A stretch of 57,042 nt of DNA, filler included, from Sphacelaria rigidula (taxonomy: Eukaryota), in the NCBI GenBank assembly GCA_964200075.2. It is 7 parts of 7 records of this genome, joined end to end, with 100 filler letters (N's around TTAATTAATTAA, not from the genome) between each part and the next. Parts side by side here need not be neighbours in the genome. Positions count along the whole stretch, not along the records: positions 32,656 to 40,718 come from CAXNAA020012440.1; positions 40,819 to 48,880 come from CAXNAA020012441.1; positions 48,981 to 57,042 come from CAXNAA020012442.1; 4 more parts are not named here. One strand, 5' to 3'. Below are positions 38,076-49,141 of this stretch, in pieces. Position numbers and translations under genes: made by a program. The stretch's first letter is position 1. Every line of letters begins with the position of its first letter. The notes beneath the pieces were generated by a model. The model ran no database searches and was not told the DNA's origin. It worked only from the letters and a program-made list of their open reading frames with translations.

Positions 38076-38313
38076 TGCCGAGATAGCCCCCCCCCAAAAC
38101 TGGCCAAAAATGTGCACGGAGGCGATGATCATAAATGCCGTTAGAGCTGGTTTCGTGTTCTACGACGCGACTTATTTGGGCGTTATAGCTGATTTCGGAC
38201 TGCTACAAGCCTTTCATGTGGGCGGCATTGCTGCAAATGAGCCCAATAGTGGGATCGCAGCCGGTTTGTCGGACGATCCCCCGTGCACTTTTTGTGGGGG
38301 GGCTATCTCGGCA
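38076..38313. repeat. Inverted repeat pair, possible MITE
   Basis: TGCCGAGATAGCCCCCCC ... GGGGGGGCTATCTCGGCA. Confidence 0.65.
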
Positions 38314-39419
38314 TTTGTCTGGGACTTCCCCGCCCATGAACATTTTAACATTCATCATGGGGGGTGTTAATAACCGTCTGATATTGAAAAATGGCGGATC
38401 TTCAGCTGAAGTGGTCACGCAGGCTGGTGTATCGCTCAGGGAAACGTCATCACCCTGCACAGCGATATAATTGCACACGTTGACCTGATAATGTATATTC
38501 GCGTGCCACTCGCCCATGCCGCAATCATTACCGTGCGGATGCGGGCGAGCATCCCCTTCTCGTTGAAGAGCATGTCACAACACATGTGGCGGGCACTGCT
38601 ACAGATGTCACGCCGCACGGCGCCCATCGTTCGCGCGTGATACATGCAGCAGGAATAGAGGACTGGTGTCACTACAGCACAGGCCGCGCTACAGGTTGGG
38701 GCGTCGGGTTTGCGTCACCTAATCTTAAGTCTCATGACCACTACCGCATATGCTCCGAGGGGGTGTTATTAACGAACACTTCAGACCGTACTGTACTCGC
38801 TACAGAAGTGTCAGAGGTCCCTCATGTGCAACGTGAGGGACCCACGTGCATTTTGGGCCGTTCACCTCGCGGCGAATGCACACGGGAAATTACAAGTACA
38901 TTGTGGAGATAGAGTACTGGAGCATGGCGACATGTGCCATTGCATTGCACAGCGCGCCGCACCGCAGCGAACACGCCGCACCCTCCGTGGATTTCCGTTC
39001 CTTCCTACCCACAACCTGCCGTGCAAGAAGACGGCACGCAGCAAGTACACGCGGACCACAGGCGATCGACTGACGGACTTGTCGCGTGCAACCCGACACA
39101 TACACATGTTGGACAACCAACGCTTCCCCACTACGCGGCAAAATACCTCCTTCGGTATCCGTCCGGAATATGCGTTGAAGGCGACCTCTGTAGTGCCAGT
39201 TGTCCGTGCTGATTTGGAGCCCTCTCTCCCGAAAATTTCTGCTCTCTTCGCACCGTATTTACGCCTTGGAGCATGACCATCTCGAAGGGTTTTGCCACGG
39301 ATAATTCATTATAATCAGGAATATGCCTCGATATTTTTGAAAAGGAATAGCACTGCGCAACATCTGTGAAAGCTTTAGAGTTTGATTTATTTGATTTGCG
39401 TCCACAAAATCAAAACGTT

Positions 39420-40654
39420 TGTTCAAGGCTCGAGAATTATGCATTTTTTAAAGGCACAATTAAGACTTGAAACAAATCAAAACCACAACCCCGTACTCCC
39501 AAAACAGATGCAAAAAAAAAGCAAGACGAAAAAATAAATACCGATTGACTCTGCCCAGCAGCGACCTCGTCGCGGTGGGTGCGCAAGCTATCGGGCTAAC
39601 CCATGACTTTCTGTTCTTCGTTGTTGACCCGTCTCCTTTTTTCGGGGTTGGTTAACACTTCCCCCTACCACCCCCCTTGGCACAGGGGGGGGGGGAATTT
39701 TCAAAGCGGACATGTAAAGAAAGAAAGGATCCCAGCCTCCCCCAAAAACAAAAAACAAAAATGAAATGAAAAATAAAACAACAACAACTAGAATCAACCT
39801 GTCTACCTCTCTCGAGTAATAGGGCGGCGGGCGGGCAAATTGATTCGAACACGTTCGAGAATCACTACTCGTACTGTACTTGACTGTCTTGCACCGGTGA
39901 CTGTTCGTTGCCTAGCTCAGGATTGCCGAGCGCGGAGTGCTTTTTGGGCTTGGGAACGGAACATGACTGAGCACTGTATATACCTGCTTCTGTTCTCTCA
40001 CAGTGACCCCTACCATATCCTTTTCGGGCGTCATCCACCACACCGTGACCTTATCCTATGATTCGTCATCCGCCAAACACAAACCTCAGATTTCTTCGAA
40101 ATCCTACCACGTGTTTAAGGCTCGAGAATTATACATTTTTTAAAGGCACAATCAAGACTTGAGAAAAATCAAAACCACAACCACCCCATACTCCCAAAAT
40201 AGATTCAAAACAAAAAGCAAGACAAAAAATAAATACCGACTGACTCTGGCCAGCAGCGGCCTCGTCGTGGTGGGTGCGCAAGCTATCGGGCTAACCCATG
40301 ACTTTCTGTTCTTGGTTGTTGACCCGTCCCCTTTTTTCTTATCTTGTCAACACTTCCCCCGTTAGGCGGCCCGATAAGCTTTGCTCTTTCAAAGCCTTTT
40401 CTTTCCTCAGATCGTACTTGTTAGCTACGTGTTAGTGCTTCCGGAACGAACTGCGCTTCCTCTCCTTCAGCTCTGACGTAAATCATAAACGCTTGCGATT
40501 TCCAACGCCCCGCCCTCTGAATTTGCAAGGGAGTCGCTCCTTGCGCTGCTAATTTTGTAGCTCCCCCGATCCTTCCGGCGTGGAGGGCGTACTGCCTAGG
40601 GTCTTTCCCTGCGCAACTTGCTAGCTGCCGTAGGGTCGCGGTATCTTCGTTGAG
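39420..40654 (-). mobile_element. 3' end of a tyrosine-recombinase retrotransposon (Ngaro/DIRS group) with split direct repeats
   Basis: YR C-terminus followed by about 245-bp direct repeats at 40112-40360 and 39420-39665 separated by about 450 bp. Confidence 0.75.
40421..40654 (-). CDS. Tyrosine recombinase C-terminal fragment (absent from the ORF track, 5'-truncated near the contig end)
   Basis: DTATLRQLASCAGKDPRQYALHAGRIGGATKLAAQGATPLQIQRAGRWKSQAFMIYVRAEGEEAQFVPEALTRS*: H-x-x-R, GRW and catalytic Y. Confidence 0.9.
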   Translation of the reverse strand, partial: LNEDTATLRQLASCAGKDPRQYALHAGRIGGATKLAAQGATPLQIQRAGRWKSQAFMIYVRAEGEEAQFVPEALTRS

Positions 40655-40834
40655 ACATCCTACGATAGGGGGGGGGGGGATTTGGTTGCACGAAAAAAGA
40701 GGCTCATAAGTGTGTTAGNNNNNNNNNNNNNNNNNNNNNNNNNNNNNNNNNNNNNNNNNNNNTTAATTAATTAANNNNNNNNNNNNNNNNNNNNNNNNNN
40801 NNNNNNNNNNNNNNNNNNGGGGAGGATGGCGGCG

Positions 40835-40865
<31 letters not shown>

Positions 40866-41560
40866 TGGGGGGGGGGGGGGGAGGGAGGAGAAGGAGATAT
40901 TAAATTCATGTAGTGGACTGGGTAGCAGTCTGCTACTCCAACTTTAAACAAAATGACATCTCGAAGAAAAATTAGTTTTCGGACGCCAAGAGAACATATG
41001 CATTGCGGATAGATCCCTTCCGAAGGCTGCCCTGGTTAACCTACAGCAGAATCGAAGAAGAAAAAAGGAAGGTTATTAGGTGGGGGCGAGATCGTGGCGT
41101 CCATTCGACAACCTTCTCCCCCGTGATATTATCGAATACACGAACAGACAAAAAACACAAAAAACGTCAAGTCACTTCGTGTAGGCAGGACGGCCTCATG
41201 CTATCCGTGTGCGAGATGAGATCAAGCTCACGGCTGCTGCTCCTGCTGCTTTTTTCCGTGTTTCAATCAAACCCATGCCGTCTGTGAGCAATCCGCCAAT
41301 TTTTTGTACGCACAACGTCAACTTCTGAATGCGGAGACGAACGGTACTTGTAACATCCGGCTGGGCTCTTCGCAGTAGAATTTCAGGACCGCTGTATCGT
41401 CTCAAAATATTTTCCGTACGAGTGGGTTTGAATTGATGTTGCTGGCATTCACCGGCCGCTTGCTTCCATCTATCTGATTGGCTCAAGGAGACATCATTAC
41501 ACAAATACGCAGCAACAAACTGTCACAATTGAAACTCAGCTAGGCACTGGAAAATATCAC

Positions 41561-41691
41561 ACCCTGGAAAAAGAATAGACAATAAAAAAGTGTACTGCAT
41601 ACAGTATCGACTATTGCGCCTATCGGAATAGACAATAGATTCTATACTGTATACAGTACATTTTTTTACGTGGAAATCTTTTGTCCAGGGT
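41561..41691. mobile_element. MITE of the ACCCTGGA family
   Basis: ACCCTGGAAAAAGA ... TCTTTTGTCCAGGGT; internal TACAGTATCGA/TACTGTA as at 25307. Confidence 0.75.
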
Positions 41692-41887
41692 GTGGAAAAT
41701 ATCTTCGTCGCAAAACTGTGTTACAGCAATCAAGCCAAGGTGTAGGCAGGTCCCCCTGTCCCCATGAAAGTCCGGGGACATATTTAACAATGCCTTGTCT
41801 TTCGAAAAGCCAAGTGTTCGGGGCATAAAAACAAGCCCATCTTTGTAGTCTCTCAAAAGTACAGAGCATTTCCTACACATCTCCCAT

Positions 41888-43397
41888 TCAATATTCGCAA
41901 TATTTGACCCCAGTTCCGGCAATCTCGAGTGCGCACGGAACCTGCTCGATCCAATCCCGTGGTACAGCAGCAGCAGCAGCAGCAGCAGCAACAGCGTACA
42001 GCAGTTCAAACACACACGGTGTTGCTCGGTGGCAAGTACTTCGAACAGCTCCGCAATACGTTATCGTACGCTATGTTGAGCATTGGTGTCCAGAAAAAGA
42101 CGGCTGTTGCGACCTTGCACTTACTTGGCAAGGTTTTCGCTGGGAAGGTGGGGTTTGAGATGAACGAACTACGTACGCATCTCAATAGTGAGAAACGGTC
42201 CCCAACCAGCCCACCACGTACCGAGTGATCGGCGGGGGCATGCGGTATCTCTCAGCAACAGTAATGGGTCGTATGCGTCATGCGACATCGTGCCTCATGC
42301 AGGAGATGAAGTGAGGAATCATAAGTGTGAGGGCCGACAAGTACAAAAAAACTCACACGGCAATCCCTGCAGACTGTCGAAGCGGTGTCTATCCACGGGC
42401 GTCGCCGAAGGAGGGTCCCTCGCGGGTTTGGTCGGTCCGTGTATGGTTGAACTCGCGCAGCCTGTTCTCCAGTTTGTGTTTTTTGTCACACGGACATGCA
42501 CGAACGAAATATATATATATATAATAAAACACTGAATTGTTTCAAGGATATGTTGGATAAGGTGAATACCCGGGTTTTTACTCTCCCGAGCTATGAGGTG
42601 CGATCGCAATACCCCCATCAAATATTTTTGTATTGGTGAGTACGATTTTGAAACTCTTACCCAAGTTTTGGGTACTTCAAAATTCTATTTTTTCAAATAA
42701 AAATGCCCAAATGTAGGAAATACCCTAGCACATCAAGTAGCTAGCGGGGCAGGCGCCGCTACTACCTTTTAACAACGGCGTGAAAAAAACACCGGAGTGG
42801 CACAGGATAAAAAAATAAAACATAACACTCGAGAGGAGCAATCAAGTATTGGCCCGTGCTTGATAAAAAGCAACATATGGTGAGCGCTTGAACCGAAGCA
42901 ACGTCGCAAGGAGAGAGAGAGACACTGCATGAAAGAACGTGAAGGGGATATCATCTTCTTTTAAGCCTAACCCGCGCGTACTTACCGATCGTGTTCTGGC
43001 GGACCAAGATGCAAAAGATGTGGCACGTCTGTCCGAACGGAACCGATACCTTCTTCGGCTGTCGTTGGTTGATTCAGCCATACGCCACAACGCCATGAGA
43101 AGGAAGCAAGCCAGAAACAAAAAAACAAACAGGGAGGTGGTGTACAACACGCGAGGGCCGCAAGCAGGAGAAGGCGAAAAGCAGCAAGCGGAGTAACAAT
43201 CCAGTATCAGCACACGCGCATACACCCATACACACACACACACACACACAGGCATGCACGTACGCGAAGCGATGGGGGGAGAAAGAAAGGAGGGGCGCAC
43301 GGATAGCAATGGGCTGCGCATAGAGATGCGGTTGCACACCCTACGTCGGAAGCAAAACCTTTTTGAACGAACCCCCTCCTACTACTACTTCTACAGC

Positions 43398-43443
<46 letters not shown>

Positions 43444-46400
43444 GCTACTACTACTACCATCACTAGGAACAAAACAAAAAACGTGAATTACCGCAGCCTT
43501 GAAAAAAAAAGTATCATGTTACCTCACCCTTTGACCGCGAGGGCGGGTCATCTGTCCATGCAGTATTGTTGCACCCAACACTGATGTTGATACAACACAT
43601 GCCCTATGCTCGCGGTCAAGGGGTTGACTCCAGTCGGGCGGCAACAGAATCCCCCTGACAGAGTGGAATACAAATCTGCTCCCTCGATTCAGTTCAACAC
43701 AAGTTGGCAACAAAAACCAATCAGAAGCTGACTATAGAAAAACAAAAAAAAACTCACCTTCAGCGGTTTTTCAGTCTTCTCTCCCCTGTGGAGAAGCTGG
43801 AATATGGCATACATATCACAAACGTAACCGTAAGACAGAGTGGAGACAAGGGGAGAGGAGCTAATTCAACAGACGGATAAGAAAGCAAGCAACCTTCACG
43901 AGTGTGCTTGTGAATGTTCGGCAATACTTCGTTTCACTCTTCGCAACATTGAGTTGAATGGCTGCCTACGTGATTGCCGACCGGTAACGAGCAGCCTGGC
44001 TACGGTACATGGAGTGCGATGAGGGGTACTTTCGGAAAGAGATTCCATCTCAGCAAGCGCACAGACACAAGGAACAAGAAATGCTTCAACCCTGAGACAG
44101 CGAGCGTCGCCTCGGAACAGTTTCATAGGCTGACAGTCCACGGACATCCAGGGTCCCCAGGGGACGGGGGTGTAGTTTTTGCCAGGAGGTCGGAGTCTGT
44201 TTGCAGAAAAGCCGAAAAGCTCACCAGGTCAACCATGCGTCTTCGTAAGTTTCCAAGGGCAGGTCGATTAGAGTATGTACTTTCGAGTACTCGAGTAAAA
44301 TACCCGAGTATTTACTCTACTCAATGATTGAGTAGGTCGAGTACGGCCTCAAATACTTTACTAATTTTTTTAGTAGGTAGAGTACGACCTCAAATACTCT
44401 ACTCGACATTTGAGTACTGAAAGTATGACTCTTTGAAAATACTGAGTATTGAGTATACTCGACCTGCCCTTGGAAGTTTCCAACGGAAGATTTAAAGCCG
44501 GAAGCGGAGTGAGCGTTCTGATCAATCACGGCTATCAAAATGGCCACCCTGTTCCCCTACAGGTGGACTACTTCGCTGTCTAGCTGTATCCCTCGCTTTG
44601 GCCACGACAATTCAACCGTAGACGACATACATGAGCACATGCGGAAATTCTTCTACTCTGCTCGTGGTCTTTGACTTCTGCCTGACGCCTCATCTGTTGC
44701 CAGCATAGCTCTACACTGTCTGCAGCGTTGTTGTGGAACACTCAGCAGAGATACCAGCAGCATGCAGAAGACCGTGTTTAGCGGAGAGTTGTAGCAAGCT
44801 GACTGCCTCTTGCCGCTGTAACCAGCGAGGACATACAGCACACATACTGACCGTGCACACAATACACGGCAGGATCGAAACCGGTCAGGGGTTCTCCGCG
44901 ACTCTCTTCTATATAGATGCCAAACATCCACATTTTCCATGAAAGAAGGCGTTTTGCGTAGCGAGAATAGAGCTGTTGTCAATCGCAAACGCGGCAGAGT
45001 CCATCTCGGTCTATATGCGGGAGGCATCGCTGTGCAAGGGTTAAAACAAAGACAGCCGGGGGGGGGGGGGCAATCCTACAAGTGTACTCTGTTGGAGGAA
45101 TGGTTGGACAACAGACAAGGAAGACGAGGGCGAACGCACTTGCAAGCCAAAGATGAGGACAACCTATGCGCCTGTGTGTGTGGGTGTACTATACCTTGCG
45201 CATGCTTCTTCGGATCTGATAGGAGAGCACGATGAACGTGTCGATGTAGATGGGGATGGTCACGAAGATGATGGCGAATATCTGCGAAGGACGGGGGGTA
45301 GGGGAGAGGGGAATAAAACGACCGGGAAAAAAAACGGGAAAAAAGAAGAAGAGGAAGATGGGGAAGAAAAAAGCGGGAACAAAACATGCATGAGAGCGAA
45401 ACACAGCGCGTGCATAGGATGGAGACGAAGCGAAGATGAGGTTTGATATTACTCGATCGTTCATGAAGTAATCCTCACAAGTGACGGGTGTCTTTTCGGA
45501 ACGCTTTTCCCCGTACGTACTTTTATTTAACTCATCATCGCACATACAATAGAAGGAGGTTGTGCAAACAGACAAAACGTGACGAACCATCCACACCAGC
45601 GTTCCCGTTGGTCAAAAGCAGAGGAACGGGGCCGGTCTGCACGCTAACGCTTGACCGTGAGCCTGAAAGGTTCCTCAAGATACGCGATAAAGATGCATTA
45701 CCCCCGAGGACATTGAGGCGGTGTCTTACCAGATAGTTTTCGTGTTGAAAACGTGCGGTGGAATCGAACTCGCTCGTTTCTGACTCGTCCACGCTATTAA
45801 TTTTCTCAGATGGTTGAGAACATGAATGCGGTGCACGCATCAGGTGCGAGCAAATTCGATTCCACCGGACGTTTTTGAGTCGAAAACGATTTGATGAGGC
45901 ATGGCCTAACTTTGATTCATTTCTTTTGCCGTGAAGGAAAAGGACGTTAATCTCACCCAACACTTACACCGCGAACGGGCTCATGTGCCGGTCACCCGGC
46001 GGCTTGGCTAGACCACCGTGTGGCGGTCGTATGGGGTGGGTGGGTAGGCGCCTTGGGCGTTCGGAACGCTTTGCTCAAGTCAGTATTGAAAAACGTGAAC
46101 GAAGGTGGTTCCAAGAACAAAAAGGGCTTCATCTACTGCTCAAGACCACCATGAGCAAGCATCTCCAGGTGATGAACTCTTGGGAGTCAGAGAGCAATGT
46201 CACTCGCGGGTGTTATGTCATGAGTGGGTCGCACACCACGCACGGGTAGAATTAGTTTGTAATGCATATATATATAGCAAGGGAGTTATTTTTTCATTAT
46301 TACTATATCCGTCACATTAGCTCGATACGTAGGATATACCCGGAGGCAGATTTTTGGTTGGCATACTACCCCAGACAACAGCCTGACACCAGATCAAACT

Positions 46401-48179
46401 GTCAAGAATGTACTGGGTACAGTATCGAATCTACTGTCTAGTGAAATAGACGCAATAATCTGTACTGTACGCAGTATTTTTTTCGATAAATTGTAATCTT
46501 TTGTCCAGGGTGTGTGCGCCTTACGAGAATGTTCGGTACACATTCCGGTATGGTCGGGAAGGGTATCGAGCCTGTTCCAAAAACTCCAGCATGGTTCGGA
46601 ATGGTATTTCACAGATGAAACAAACTAGTATACCCCTTTGTATACTTTTGTAAATGCTGTACCCGATTTTTTTTCGGTATACCCTTGATATATGATCGTC
46701 CAAGGCACACAGCCTGTTTGTTTTGTTCACCTGTATCATCATGCAGATCAGATAGATCAGGTCTATCGTGATTCTGTCGCTTCTCCTGTCCGGATCAAGG
46801 ATTGACGCCCATACCATCAGCCCTAACGTAACAGCGTCGGCGAAAACCTGGCCGAGAAGAGACACGAAGGGCGACCAAACATGTCTTCATGCATGTAATA
46901 TAAACTCGTGCGAGAATCGGCGAGCGCCTGGCCACAAGAAACAAAGGGTAAAAAAACCACATGTTCATCCAGTACGTTTTCATACAACTCACCGCAAACT
47001 CAGCGAATACCGGACCGACCAAAAAGAACGAGAGGGGCAACACAAAAATCCGATGTGTGTCATGCACCTTACACAAGAAGGTGGTCAAGACGTCAAAGAA
47101 AATATATTTCACGTCAAATACATTAGATACAGATGAACAAAAGTGAAATATATATATATATATATATATACCATCTATTGCTTCTGGGGGTAAGGCCAAT
47201 ATTCATGTGTAACAAACAAATCTCGTAAAAAACTGCCATTTTGGTCCCTTTGGGTCGCTTTACGCCCTAGAGGAGGGCTAGGCGAATGTCGACACCATAG
47301 GAAGGCTTTACTCCACTCCTCGACACTGTTCCAGGACGCTTTTGCGTTTTCTGATGGCCGCGTTTTTTTTTCTTGCCCCCGCAAAACTTGCATTTTCAAT
47401 AACGAACGGTCAAGTCGTGACAAATCTGGCCATGTTTTGCTGTGTTTTGATGGCTTGACCGTTCGTTACTGGAAATGCAAGTTTGAAAATAACAACAACA
47501 ACAACAACGACATGCGGCCACCATAAAATGCAGAGGTGCACTCGAATAGTCTCAACGAATAGAACAAGTTATTCGAAGGTGTCTACATCCGCCTAGCCCT
47601 CTTTCGGGTTGTAAAACGACGCAGAAGGATGTTTTTCTTTCTTCTTTTGTCACACATGAAATTGGCTTCACCATTACTCTTTTTTTCGGAAGCGAGGAAC
47701 CCACCGATTTGCTCTTCATTCGGGTTAACCCATTAGACCGCAAGGTTAGTCTTCTGTTGAATCGGCATCAATTTCAAAGTGGAAAAAAGTATGCATGATC
47801 AAGAAAGACTAATCTCGCGGTCTAAGGGTTAATTGGGCTGGTCGCTCGTCAGATGATTGACCGCTGACGTGAAAAACAGACACAGGAGCATGTGATTATG
47901 CGACCGAGAGAGAGAGACACACACACACATAGAGAGACACAAAGAGCTAGGCATCATAGATCCCTCTCACCAGTGGCGCATGGCCCTGCACGGCGGCAGA
48001 CCCATACACAAAAATACACACGTCTTGAATGTCATTACTAACTGCGATACGTACCAGCACCAACTCGACGCCCTGGATGAAGGAGTTCGAGAACGGATTC
48101 AGGCGGATGAGCAGGGCAATGTCCACCACGTACAGCATGAACACTACCGTCGTCTGCACCGTGCCATTGCGCACCAAAC
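41888..48179 (-). CDS. 3' part of a multi-pass membrane protein (TRP/FLC-like C-terminal helices); exons 48179-48055, 46847-46731, 45281-45195, 43796-43758, 43058-42986, 42418-42357, 41941-41888
   Basis: All introns GT-AG with consistent phases; product LVRNGTVQTTVVFMLYVVDIALLIRLNPFSNSFIQGVELVL|VFADAVTLGLMVWAS...IDLIYLICMMIQ|IFAIIFVTIPIYIDTFIVLSYQIRRSMRK|LLHRGEKTEKPLK|PKKVSVPFGQTCHIFCILVRQNTI|GTLLRRRPWIDTASTVCRDCR|VPCALEIAGTGVKYCEY*; the last two exons are less certain. Confidence 0.75.
43398..43443 (+). repeat. (AAC)n microsatellite flanked by (TAC)n, intronic
   Basis: About 15 perfect AAC units. Confidence 0.95.
44254..44472. mobile_element. hAT-type MITE, intronic
   Basis: Perfect 14-bp TIRs CAAGGGCAGGTCGA/TCGACCTGCCCTTG; 8-bp TSD TAAGTTTC/GAAGTTTC (7/8). 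Confidence 0.9.
44798..45044 (-). repeat. piggyBac-type element end, homologous to 2870-3122
   Basis: Minus strand begins TTAA|CCCTTGCAC; alignable by eye to the contig 1 copy. Confidence 0.7.
47729..47828. mobile_element. 100-bp piggyBac-type MITE, intronic
   Basis: TTAA|CCCATTAGACCGCAAGGTTAGTCTT ... AAGACTAATCTCGCGGTCTAAGGG|TTAA. Confidence 0.85.
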
Positions 48180-48450
48180 CTGTATAAGAAGCAAAAATTG
48201 CACGAGAGAAAGCAATTGGAAGGCAACCTCAGCTCATATTTGAGGTACAGGGTGTGTGGAAATATATGATCGCCTGCAACTCGCCACCGTAGTAGATACC
48301 CCTTACCAAAAGAAGGATTTTCTTCTTTTTTTTCAGGTGTTTCATTCGCGGTTGTCCGGGAACCTGCCATCTTTCCACCGCGGGTCTGAATCAAAGGACC
48401 GGTGCGATGGTTGAATAAAATCATGGTTCACAATACCTGTATCAATAACA

Positions 48451-48577
48451 TTGACCCTTTGGGAACTCAGTGACGATTTTTGTTTTCGTGAATCGGCATC
48501 ATTTTCAGTCATTTTCCAAGCCAAAATGATGTTGATTCACAAAAACAGAAATCGTCACTGGGTTCCCCAAGAGTTGA
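48451..48577. mobile_element. Foldback MITE with about 55-bp imperfect TIRs (decayed piggyBac-like ends)
   Basis: GGGAACTCAGTGACGATTTTTGTTTTCGTGAATC / GATTCACAAAAACAGAAATCGTCACTGGGTTCCC. Confidence 0.75.
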
Positions 48578-49141
48578 CACCATCATACTGTGCCGCCCTC
48601 GGATTCCTGTTCTTGTAACTTTTCGTACTTTTCTAAAAGTCGTTCATATATATGATATATAAATCAGAAATAATGTCTTCTAAAATATTAATCTTTTTGT
48701 TTCAAAGAGAAAAAGCTGTCACGAGAGTATTTACACTCTCTCGTGAAAACGAAAATATTTCCGAAAAAATACAAAAATTTTGCACGGTTAAGACATATCA
48801 TCACGACTCAAAATCACCAAATTCACGATTTCTTCGGCCTGATTGCCTGAAAGGGAGAAAAAAGTTGATCGCTGGTCCAANNNNNNNNNNNNNNNNNNNN
48901 NNNNNNNNNNNNNNNNNNNNNNNNTTAATTAATTAANNNNNNNNNNNNNNNNNNNNNNNNNNNNNNNNNNNNNNNNNNNNCCCCCCCTATCGTACGATGA
49001 CTCCCATTACTATTATCACCATTATACTGATAATGGCCAGTTATAACTGATACCATTTCCGAGCTCTACCATTTGGCTTATGATTTCCTGGATCTGGCTG
49101 TTTTTCCTTTTGTCCCACCTGTTGTTTTGCTCCGGTCACAG

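Larger units (their letters stand above)
8065..48980. other. Six artificial 100-bp contig linkers (N-run/TTAATTAATTAA/N-run) at 8065-8164, 16229-16328, 24393-24492, 32556-32655, 40719-40818, 48881-48980
   Basis: Identical linkers with stops in all six frames; the intervening contigs are 8064-8062 bp in non-increasing order. Confidence 0.97.

Noticed and set aside
8187-40654. Idea that the integrase-less RT (contig 2) and the YR (contig 5) form one element
   Set aside because: They lie on unlinked contigs, and the RT is gypsy-type with an upstream protease, which YR retroelements lack.
40819-40885. Long G-runs as G-quadruplex elements
   Set aside because: They sit at contig ends, where homopolymer and poly-G sequencing errors are expected, so their lengths are unreliable.
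45594-46170. Possible plus-strand exons (WFQEQKGLHLLLKTTMSKHLQ|GT) antisense within an intron
   Set aside because: Weak acceptor, no recognisable domain and no consistent exon chain.
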